The notes under the pieces are model-generated. The model was not told the DNA's origin, searched no databases, and saw only the letters and a list, made by a program, of their open reading frames with translations. Shown one piece after another: positions 10,104 through 17,763 of a DNA stretch of 64,000 bases. The stretch covers positions 265,226 to 329,225 of the forward strand of contig JBKJIT010000004.1 of NCBI GenBank assembly GCA_046598345.1, written 5' to 3'. Within the stretch, counting starts at the first letter, position 1; every line of letters begins with the position of its first letter. This DNA is from Minisyncoccia bacterium (lineage in GTDB: Bacteria > Patescibacteriota > Minisyncoccia > Phycocordibacterales > UBA918). The translations under genes and the position numbers were made by a program.

Positions 10104-10760
10104 CTAGGGTGTTAACGTGGCTCGAATACTATCAATCTGTTTGTCTTGCACACTCAAAGATTCGCCAAGCGCCTGAGCGTCCTTTGTGAGATCCGTGAGT
10201 GCCATCCCAGAGCTTTTTTCACCCTTTATAAGGGTGGTAATGATATCGCTTTGAATCTGTGTCAGGTCCCGGAGGCTTGCACTACGATCACGCTCAAGTG
10301 CAATAAGTTTCTCCCATGCATCCAAGTTGGTTCCTTCAGACTGCATTCCAAGTGTTTCAAGCAAATGTACGTTTGTTTCTAAAATCTCAAATTCTCGTTC
10401 AAGTTTCGCAACCATAAGTGCCTTACGCTCAGAATAAAAACTCCCGCAACTTTCAAAAAGCTGCTGGACGACGAGGAGATCCCTGTTTCCAAGAGTTCCA
10501 AGAGTATTAATTAATGATTCAAATTCAGTCCGTCTCTCACAATCAGCAACGATAGTTGCAGTAACAGCATCTGCTTCATTTCTATCAGTAATTTCAGCGA
10601 GTTTCGACATGTGCGTATGTTCCTTTTTTATTGTCTCCATTAGTGTGGTGGCAGCTGCGGCCTTTTCATGATGCGCAACGAGTGCACTCACTGTAAGAGC
10701 AATTGCAAAGAAAACGAGGTGAACGGCAATGAGCAAATGGTTTTTTAAGAGTGATTGCAT
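10104..10760 (-). CDS. membrane-anchored coiled-coil protein (hypothetical)
   Basis: 218-aa ORF with N-terminal TM (LLIAVHLVFFAIALTVSALVA) and the remainder predicted helical/coiled-coil. 3-nt spacing to the next gene. Confidence 0.6.
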   Translation of the reverse strand: MQSLLKNHLLIAVHLVFFAIALTVSALVAHHEKAAAATTLMETIKKEHTHMSKLAEITDRNEADAVTATIVADCERRTEFESLINTLGTLGNRDLLVVQQLFESCGSFYSERKALMVAKLEREFEILETNVHLLETLGMQSEGTNLDAWEKLIALERDRSASLRDLTQIQSDIITTLIKGEKSSGMALTDLTKDAQALGESLSVQDKQIDSIRATLTP

Positions 10761-10764
10761 ATGA

Positions 10765-12480
10765 CTATTCTACTATATGCTCAACATCAATAATTTCTTT
10801 TCTAATTTTTGCACGAGCACTTGCAACATCCTCTTCGATTTGTTCAATGAATGTGCTCTCTGCGCGTGTGAACTTCCCCTTACGCGATTCTTTAAGTTCA
10901 GCTACATTCGCATGAAGATTCGTAAGGATCGTGTCTAGCTCAGACTTTACAACGTCCTCAATCTCATGCGTCTCCGTTTGCACTTTTTTACGCCAGAGCG
11001 AAAGCCTATGGTATGAATACCAGCAACCGAATACAAGTAGAACAAGAAGAGCAAGAAGTGGCACAATGACTGAAAGGACACTTACCATAAAGGATCCAAC
11101 GCGCAGGTATCCAGGTTCCTCAACAATAATCCGAAGCGTATCCGACGGCTCACTGACTGCACCAAATGAGTCTGTGGCGACTGCAGAAATATCGTACACG
11201 CCAACCTCGAGTCTTGAATCCGGAATAAAGGTAAAGACACCGCTATCAATTGCTGTGACAATATAGGTCTCCGTTACACCGTTAGAACGAGTAAGTGATA
11301 TTTCAACTGTAGCATTTGGTCTCGTTGTACCCTTAAGTGCTGGAATAACTTCTGGACTTATTCGCTCGGGATATTCTGTAAAAAAAGGTTTCTCAAATGA
11401 CGAAACATCAAATGAGTACGTGGCAGCACGACTATTTCCAGCGCTATCAAACGCCTCCACGATTACTGTGTGTCGACCTGGAGGAAGTATGGGAAGCGTG
11501 TACTGTTTCGTACCCTTTTCATCTGCATATTCAATAAACTCACCTCCATCTATTTGAATGCGATACTTTAAGATCGGCGAGACGTCGGTAATGGTAAATA
11601 CGAGCGTTCGCGTGGGAGTATCTAGATTCTCACGTGCTATCTCAGCGATAGTGAATGCTGAGGGTGCCTCAGTATCAACCCCCAATCTTACGTGCGCGAC
11701 CTTACCCCAACCTTCAGCATTTTTAAATTGAATGTGGAAATACGAGACTCCTTGAGGAAGATCAGTGAGTGTCTTTTTTCGCAATGCCTCCTCGTACACT
11801 ATCGTCGGAATTGTTCCCGCAGTATTGTCGAGAAGCGTGCGTACCGCAGTCACATCACTCGGTACTCCCCAGGTGAGCTCTGCAGTCGTTTCCTTGTACC
11901 ATGCAGTCTGATCTGGATGCGTGGTCGATGTTACTACAGGTGCTTTCGGTGTGTTCGCTGGAGCAATATACTCTGGTTCGGGGTTTTCAGCTTGCGCTGA
12001 AATAGTGTAGGCTCCTCCATTCATTGCGGTGAGAACATTTGTGCCTAATCCATCTGCAGCAAGTACGGATCCACTTTTAAAAGTAAGTTTTGGATTTCCT
12101 GCCGCTGTTGGCCGAAGCGTAATGGAAAGAATAGTACCGCCACTGCCCGTATATCCGGTTGGAGAGCCGCCACCAAACGAGATTGTTCCCGCTGAATTGG
12201 AAAAACTCGGCTCCTCGGTCCATAGATTAAAAATTGAACCTGCGCGAGATACACTCACGACTGTTAGTTCGCGCGGATTAAAGCTAAGCTGTCCGTCAGC
12301 TGCGTTAACTGGCTTGCCTTGTGTATTAAGCACTACGTTAGCAGTAAATGTGCTGCCTGTCGTATACACGCCTGTGTCAGGACTTACGCGAAGAGTTGCT
12401 GCATATCCGATATGGATAATAGAAAAAAAGGCAACAATCGAAATTAAAGTACTTACAACTAGGGTGCGAATATTATTCAT
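10765..12480 (-). CDS. cohesin-domain surface protein with Ig-like domains, C-terminal TM and cytoplasmic coiled-coil tail
   Basis: Signal peptide, then a cohesin-like N-domain (LRVSPDTG…NAADGQLSFNPRELTVVSVSRAGSIFNLWTEEPSFSNSAGTISFGGGSPTGY). TM (VSVLSVIVPLLALLVLLVFGCW) followed by a charged helical tail. Paralog of 44243-45769 and 12473-13567. Confidence 0.75.
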   Translation of the reverse strand: MNNIRTLVVSTLISIVAFFSIIHIGYAATLRVSPDTGVYTTGSTFTANVVLNTQGKPVNAADGQLSFNPRELTVVSVSRAGSIFNLWTEEPSFSNSAGTISFGGGSPTGYTGSGGTILSITLRPTAAGNPKLTFKSGSVLAADGLGTNVLTAMNGGAYTISAQAENPEPEYIAPANTPKAPVVTSTTHPDQTAWYKETTAELTWGVPSDVTAVRTLLDNTAGTIPTIVYEEALRKKTLTDLPQGVSYFHIQFKNAEGWGKVAHVRLGVDTEAPSAFTIAEIARENLDTPTRTLVFTITDVSPILKYRIQIDGGEFIEYADEKGTKQYTLPILPPGRHTVIVEAFDSAGNSRAATYSFDVSSFEKPFFTEYPERISPEVIPALKGTTRPNATVEISLTRSNGVTETYIVTAIDSGVFTFIPDSRLEVGVYDISAVATDSFGAVSEPSDTLRIIVEEPGYLRVGSFMVSVLSVIVPLLALLVLLVFGCWYSYHRLSLWRKKVQTETHEIEDVVKSELDTILTNLHANVAELKESRKGKFTRAESTFIEQIEEDVASARAKIRKEIIDVEHIVE

Positions 12481-13567
12481 ACAGTTGCTCCTCTGGTGCT
12501 TTTTTTATGAGTGCCTTTTTCCGGCGTATGAGAATATATGCTAGTACAAGAACGACAAGAAGTGCTCCCCCAACACTAACGAAGAGCGAAGTTAAGCGCT
12601 CCCTGGAAATTGTACGGAGTGCCTCTTCAGGGACGAGAACTGCGATGGTCTCGTTACCAGCTTTGTCTATGGCCTTTACGCGAATTGTACTATTTAGAGT
12701 CTGATCTTTAAGAACATACGGACTCTCTGTTTCTACCCAAGGAGCATCCGCTCCACCCCATTTGAACGCATAGAAATCTTCGAGTGGTTCCTCGATGACT
12801 TCATAGTGATCGATTCCAGATTGCTTGTCTTGCGAGTTGAAGGAAATAAAATATCGGCCGCTAAACGCATTTTCTTCTCGAGCAAGTGAAATAACAAAAT
12901 CTGATGGACGAGCAGAATCTTGAGCAACTAGATCCTTCCAAGAGTCTTCCGTGGTTGCACCTGCATTTGGGAGCAAGACTATCGTGGCATCCTGCAAGCG
13001 TAAGTTGCTCTGGGTTCCTCTACCGTCATGGAGAAGCACTTGAGAAATACCGTCAACCCAAATTTTTCCACTCGCAGTGTTCCCTCCTGTGCCGACACTA
13101 AAACCTGGTGACCGAAACATCAGCTCGGCAATGATGTTTGTAAGGCTAGGATCTCCCGCAATCCTGCCACAGTAACCACCAGGAAGTCCTCCCGCAAAAG
13201 TAATCGTATGATTCGTCTCGTCGATCACTGGATCTTCAACCCAAATATTTAATATTGAATTTCCTCGTGAGACATCAACTGCGCGAATTGACGGATCATA
13301 CTTTATGACTATATCCACTGCATTGATGCACTCATCTTCGTCCGTATCGATGCGTAGCCCAATCGTTGCGGTATCTCCCCGACTCACCTGTAATTCTGAT
13401 GGGTCAAAATATAAAAGCGCTGCATTACTGGTGCTTACAATGCCAAAAAAAACTAATGCACTTACTATGCACGCATTCGCAAGCGAAAAAAGAGAGCGAA
13501 AAATACTCATACCGAATGCACATAGTATAGCAGTGGAGCACCTACCCTGACGCATAGCTACCCACAT
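12473..13567 (-). CDS. cohesin-domain surface protein with C-terminal TM anchor
   Basis: N-terminal signal/TM. Cohesin-like (…QVSRGDTATIGLRIDTDEDECINAVDIVIKYDPSIRAVDVSRGNSILNIWVEDP…TFAGGLPGGYCG). C-terminal TM (LFVSVGGALLVVLVLAYILI) followed by RRKKALIKK. Overlaps the downstream gene by 8 nt. Confidence 0.7.
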   Translation of the reverse strand: MWVAMRQGRCSTAILCAFGMSIFRSLFSLANACIVSALVFFGIVSTSNAALLYFDPSELQVSRGDTATIGLRIDTDEDECINAVDIVIKYDPSIRAVDVSRGNSILNIWVEDPVIDETNHTITFAGGLPGGYCGRIAGDPSLTNIIAELMFRSPGFSVGTGGNTASGKIWVDGISQVLLHDGRGTQSNLRLQDATIVLLPNAGATTEDSWKDLVAQDSARPSDFVISLAREENAFSGRYFISFNSQDKQSGIDHYEVIEEPLEDFYAFKWGGADAPWVETESPYVLKDQTLNSTIRVKAIDKAGNETIAVLVPEEALRTISRERLTSLFVSVGGALLVVLVLAYILIRRKKALIKKAPEEQLYE

Positions 13568-13598
13568 TTACGAGAACTGTGTAGGCTTTAGCATTAGG

Positions 13599-13666
13599 TG
13601 TTGGACGGTGTGCGTCCAAAATCAATTGTGAATAGGATTTTATGACGGACTTGGAAAATATAGTCA
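13599..13666. promoter_or_regulatory. ~67-bp promoter-like repeat element (copy A), 32-100 nt upstream of cohesin gene 12473-13567
   Basis: gttggacggtgtgcgtccaaaatcaattgtgaataggattttatgacggacttggaaaatatagtca. Its reverse complement reads TTGACT-N19-TAAAAT. Near-identical to 15476-15542. Confidence 0.45.
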
Positions 13667-13815
13667 AGATGCTTATAACGGTTACTAAACGTTAGAGTGC
13701 GTCGTCTTCACAAGGCATAGGGAAAGCTTGTGAAGACGGGCTCCGAAAATATAGTCACTACGCTCCTTATTTTCGGGCCACCCTTTTGTCACGAAAATTT
13801 GAGATTTTCATGATG

Positions 13816-13858
13816 GGTTTTTCTTTTATCCAGAAACCTGGATAAAAGAAAAACCCGT
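13816..13858. terminator. perfect 19-bp stem / 4-nt loop hairpin (GGGTTTTTCTTTTATCCAG aaac CTGGATAAAAGAAAAACCC) 45 nt downstream of gene 13902-15047
   Basis: Inverted repeat read directly. AU-rich stem closed by a GGG/CCC clamp; the flanking U-tract is imperfect. Confidence 0.5.
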
Positions 13859-13901
13859 CTCGTGGTGGGAGATAGGGTTTTTCTCAACTCTTATTCTGTC
13901 G

Positions 13902-15047
13902 CTAGAACATCGGTGTTGCTATGTAGCGAAGTGTCGTCGTATAGTCGTCACCCGCTTCTTGCAATGCCGAGATTTGGACCTGGTAACCAATTCGTGCCCT
14001 ACCAAAACCGTTAGTAGTGCCGTCAGCTGGCCCCGTGTGACCCATAATCACAATCGGTGTTGTACTGCCAGATGCCCACTCGTTTGCATCGAATTCATCG
14101 ATACCAGCACGTGAGGTTGTTGCATCTTCTGAGGTGATCCCCCAGTGGCCGTATGTTGCCGTATCAGTGATGACCGCGCCTGGCGCCTGCCACGCTGTTG
14201 GCGTGTAGGTGTTTGCTCCATCGATGAATCCATCAATAGTTGCTCCAGTCGTTGACTGCAATGCACCGGTTTGCTCAACAGTTACGCTGTAGCCGTTTGA
14301 GGCATTTGTCGTAACTGAAAGGTCCTGTGCAAGCGTTTTCGATACGTTAATGTTTAGCGTTCCAAATGGAAGCGAGACACTCGTACTCGTTGCAGATGTT
14401 GTTGTAGGACTGCTGTTCACACTTGAACTTGCAGCCACTCCTGATACGGTAAACGTAAGAGAAGTATCAACACTTGCTGTCATGGTCACTTGATCAATGA
14501 TTGCTACACGAATTTGTCCGTCATCCGGTGACGTACCGTCTATATCAATTGGATACGAGGTCGTTGCCGAAGGATTCACAATCTGTGTATTACCTGCACC
14601 ACCAGCTGCTGCATGACTACCAATCTCAATTGAGAATGGGGTACTCGATGCCTGGCCGACGTTACTGGGTGAAGTGAAAGTGATCGTTTGACTCGATGTA
14701 CTTACACCCCAAATTCCAGATCCGTTTGTAGGAGCAATTGTTTGCTCTGTACCAGATGCAGTGAGATCAAAATCTTCAACACCAAGTGCTGGGATTGTGA
14801 ACTGTGCTGGGAAGGTAATAGTGATTGTTTGACCTGCAGTCATACCATTTGGCGATGTAAACGCGACGGTATGATTGGATGCTACGCTAGGCGCAGAATT
14901 GGACAAGGTATCGCTTGCGCTTGTGATTGATGACGCTTCCGCAGTGCGGAAGATTGTTGGAAGTCCAGTAGTCCAAAGGAACACTGCAAGTCCAACTATC
15001 ATCGCGACAGCCTGGAGAGTTCGCACGGTCGTTGCCGTGTGAATCAT
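13902..15047 (-). CDS. surface protein carrying C-terminal module 'A' (…TLRYIATPMF), the small paralog of the 2091-aa giant's C-terminus
   Basis: 381-aa ORF with N-terminal signal-anchor (AVAMIVGLAVFLWTTGLP). C-terminal ~150 aa align with the giant 1170-7367 C-terminus (SLPFGTLNINVS ~ SIPFGSLPVNSD; QEAGDDYTTTLRYIATPMF ~ QEAGSYGTSIRYIIVPIF). Confidence 0.75.
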   Translation of the reverse strand: MIHTATTVRTLQAVAMIVGLAVFLWTTGLPTIFRTAEASSITSASDTLSNSAPSVASNHTVAFTSPNGMTAGQTITITFPAQFTIPALGVEDFDLTASGTEQTIAPTNGSGIWGVSTSSQTITFTSPSNVGQASSTPFSIEIGSHAAAGGAGNTQIVNPSATTSYPIDIDGTSPDDGQIRVAIIDQVTMTASVDTSLTFTVSGVAASSSVNSSPTTTSATSTSVSLPFGTLNINVSKTLAQDLSVTTNASNGYSVTVEQTGALQSTTGATIDGFIDGANTYTPTAWQAPGAVITDTATYGHWGITSEDATTSRAGIDEFDANEWASGSTTPIVIMGHTGPADGTTNGFGRARIGYQVQISALQEAGDDYTTTLRYIATPMF

Positions 15048-15475
15048 AGGCTTTACGTTGTATTAATCGAATATGTTGACTCTAATAATGAGCGGCATTG
15101 TGGCGTTGTGCTCTTGCAACACCCTATACCTAGTAATCAAGGGAGTCTCCACCCCTCTTTGATTCACATTCAACATATTACGGGGACCAGACAATACTCG
15201 GCTGTAAGTATTGGAAACTCATACTTGCGTATTCATTTCAGAAATACATCTCTCACATGTATGAAATGTATACCTCCAATCACCGCAACTTCATTGTAGC
15301 GTGCGCATTATTTTAATGAGTGTACTTATGCACAAAAATTAGTATAAGTATCAAGTATGAGTATGATTTTGCGCAGAGATACCTCGTCCGCTTGCGGCGA
15401 GGACCCTGCGAGCTGACGTTTTTACGGACTCAGGAATTATAGTCGCTACGCCACTCTTACATACTGGAACTCAAC

Positions 15476-15542
15476 GTTGGACGGTGTGCGTCACATAATC
15501 CATTTTGAATAGGATTTAGTAACGGACTCAGAAATTATTTTG
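15476..15542. promoter_or_regulatory. ~67-bp repeat element (copy B) in the long 15048-15585 intergenic region
   Basis: gttggacggtgtgcgtcacataatccattttgaataggatttagtaacggactcagaaattattttg. Additional copies of the 21-bp core ACGGRCTYNGRAAWTATAGTC occur at 13735-13763 and 15424-15451. Confidence 0.45.
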
Positions 15543-15585
15543 AAAAGCAAACAATTGCTTTTCAACTACGCTCTGTGATTTAGGG

Positions 15586-16713
15586 TCAACCGGTCCAGTT
15601 GAAGAGAAGGATCGAAAAGTCTTCCAGTCCTACTTTTGCATTTTGATTTATGTCCGCAGGTGGATTAGAGTTGCCGCCAGGTGTACCCCACCAAAAGATA
15701 AGGATTGAGAAGTCAATAAGATTTACCTTTCCGTCACGATTGAGATCAGAATTACTTACTGCTTTCCCTTCTACTCCCACGAAGAGTGAAATTGCAGTGC
15801 CATACGTGCTTTCTGTTTTCAACGCGCCTGTACCTGTGATGAAACGTGCCTTTGCAGTATGTGTGTCGATTGATACTTCTCCCGTATCAAAAGCAACACT
15901 CCAATTACCAGAAGTGTCGGAGGTCGCTGTAAGTATTTTACGATTATTATCAATTGAAACTTCGACTGGCACACTTGGTACCGTTTGACCCGAAAGCGTA
16001 ATGGTGTCCCCCGGGTTTGGAGAGGCATTTGAAGCGCGAATCGTTGGCGGAATTAAAATCCCATTTACACTTGTTACTGCACCCTGCGTGACATCAAATG
16101 TTGTGTTGAAGGTAGCAGAACGTGTTCCCTGCGAATCATTTGCCCAGAAACTAAACGATGCTGCACCTGGTTCTGCATCAGTATTAAATAAAAACTCTCC
16201 TTTACTATTCGTACGCACACTTCCTATTGAATCGCCGTCCATAAGTATATTCACAGTTGCATTCGGATATGCCTTTCCTTGCAGAGTGACCTGCGTGTCA
16301 CCAAGAGCCTCGTTACTTCCACCTGAAGCAGAACTACCTCCACCTCCAGAGCTTCCGCCACCAGCATCTGCACGCTCTTCAGTACAGTCAGCAGCACAAA
16401 AGTCATCATCCTCATTGTTCCCATCATCACACTCTTCAGCATAAATTGTTTGCAAAACAGCATCTCCGCAATAGGGAGCCCAACGGCACACATCCGTACA
16501 CTGTCTCCCTAAAATTGTCGTGCTGTATGCACCCGTATCAGTTGGGACGTCGCAATCTTCTCCTGAGTTAACAATAACGTCTCCACAGATACTAATGAGA
16601 AGACTCGTGGTCGCAATCAGAGTCTGCCCATGCACAACACCAGCAAAGAAAAAAGGGAGACACAGTAAAACAAAAAAGTAACTTTTCATGAGATTACGAG
16701 TATTCAAAGCCAT
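15586..16713 (-). CDS. secreted dockerin-domain protein with N-terminal Myxococcus-type cysteine-rich repeat, Gly/Ser linker and Ig-like domains
   Basis: Signal peptide. 'CGDVIVNSGEDCD…CGDAVLQTIYAEECDDGNNEDDDFCAADC' matches the CxxGxGxxxxGEECDDGN cysteine-rich repeat. C-terminal double dockerin (DLNRDGKVNLIDFSILIFWWG…DINQNAKVGLEDFSILLFNWTG). Paralogous C-terminus to 46486-48339. Confidence 0.75.
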   Translation of the reverse strand: MALNTRNLMKSYFFVLLCLPFFFAGVVHGQTLIATTSLLISICGDVIVNSGEDCDVPTDTGAYSTTILGRQCTDVCRWAPYCGDAVLQTIYAEECDDGNNEDDDFCAADCTEERADAGGGSSGGGGSSASGGSNEALGDTQVTLQGKAYPNATVNILMDGDSIGSVRTNSKGEFLFNTDAEPGAASFSFWANDSQGTRSATFNTTFDVTQGAVTSVNGILIPPTIRASNASPNPGDTITLSGQTVPSVPVEVSIDNNRKILTATSDTSGNWSVAFDTGEVSIDTHTAKARFITGTGALKTESTYGTAISLFVGVEGKAVSNSDLNRDGKVNLIDFSILIFWWGTPGGNSNPPADINQNAKVGLEDFSILLFNWTG

Positions 16714-16716
16714 ACA

Positions 16717-17685
16717 CTACGCTCGTCTCTTTCGAGAACGGACGGTGCGCACAATCACATAACCGAGAAGGCTTGCAAAGAAAAGAATTGGAATTATTAA
16801 AGAAAGCTTGTGTGGCAGAGAGAGTCCCGTGAAGCCAAAGCCTGCAGTTTGCAATGTGCCGTACGGCAAAATACTTACATTAACTTCCCCACTCAGTTTT
16901 ACTTCCTCGTCATTTTTAATTTCGAAACGTGCTAGGTAACTTCCAGATGGAAGCCTCGTTGGAAGTTCTGCAAAGACAGTTTCAGTTTTAAAGGGATTTA
17001 CAGTAGCAATCTTTCCTTTTTTGTGGGTTTCTTCGAGAAGCACTTTTCCGGATGCGTCATAAATTCTAAATACCACGTCACTTGGTGCTACGGGGATATT
17101 ACCCAAATTTTCAAGAAGCATTTCGAATCGGATCCTTCCTGGGAAATAAAGCCATCCTACTTTATGTCCTTCATTCAAATCAGAGATCCCAATTTTTCGT
17201 ACCTTGAAATCTTTAATTTCTTTATCAATAACACTAAGCTTTACATCTATCTGAGCGCCTAATGAAATATTTACTGCACCACCTGCAACCTGATCATCAG
17301 GAGTTCCTGTCTTTATACGAATGTTTCCAGTGTAGTCTCTAAAATCAGCCTTATCAGGAACCTGAACTCTCACTGTCATGGGAACTTTCTGAGCGCCCTG
17401 AGGAAGTAAAAATTCATTTCCCTCTACAATAGTAAACCAATCATTGACTTCAGGAACATCAATACTAATAGTTGCTTTGAGAGCAGTTGTCGGATCACTT
17501 CGTACTAAATAAATAATTTGCTCATACTGGGAGTTTCTAGTAAGGCTGGAATTTGTAACATAGGGAGGTGTAATACCGAAGCCAGCAAAAACTGTGTGCG
17601 CAAGGGAAAAGAGCGCTACAAATGTTAAAAAAAGAGAGCTAAGAAATCTCATTATATAAACCGACCACCAAAATAATGGCGACAA
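16717..17685 (-). CDS. DUF916/DUF3324-like (Csc/DufA-like) cell-surface protein, paralog of 143-1186
   Basis: 322-aa ORF. Signal (…LFSLAHTVFA|GFG), two beta-sandwich domains, C-terminal TM (IIPILFFASLLGYVIV) followed by RTVRSRKRRA. Same architecture as 143-1186. Lies immediately downstream of the module-B protein 17764-19590. Confidence 0.6.
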   Translation of the reverse strand: MSPLFWWSVYIMRFLSSLFLTFVALFSLAHTVFAGFGITPPYVTNSSLTRNSQYEQIIYLVRSDPTTALKATISIDVPEVNDWFTIVEGNEFLLPQGAQKVPMTVRVQVPDKADFRDYTGNIRIKTGTPDDQVAGGAVNISLGAQIDVKLSVIDKEIKDFKVRKIGISDLNEGHKVGWLYFPGRIRFEMLLENLGNIPVAPSDVVFRIYDASGKVLLEETHKKGKIATVNPFKTETVFAELPTRLPSGSYLARFEIKNDEEVKLSGEVNVSILPYGTLQTAGFGFTGLSLPHKLSLIIPILFFASLLGYVIVRTVRSRKRRA

Positions 17686-17717
17686 TTAATTATCAAACGG
17701 TTAAGCCATAAACGCAA

Positions 17718-17743
17718 GAACCACCGTAGGATAACGGTGGTTC
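17718..17743. terminator. 10-bp stem / 6-nt loop hairpin (GAACCACCGT aggata ACGGTGGTTC) 20 nt downstream of gene 17764-19590
   Basis: Perfect palindrome. On the minus-strand transcript it is followed by UUGCGUUUAUGGCUUAA. Confidence 0.45.
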
Positions 17744-17763
17744 AGAACATAGATTTTAACTAA

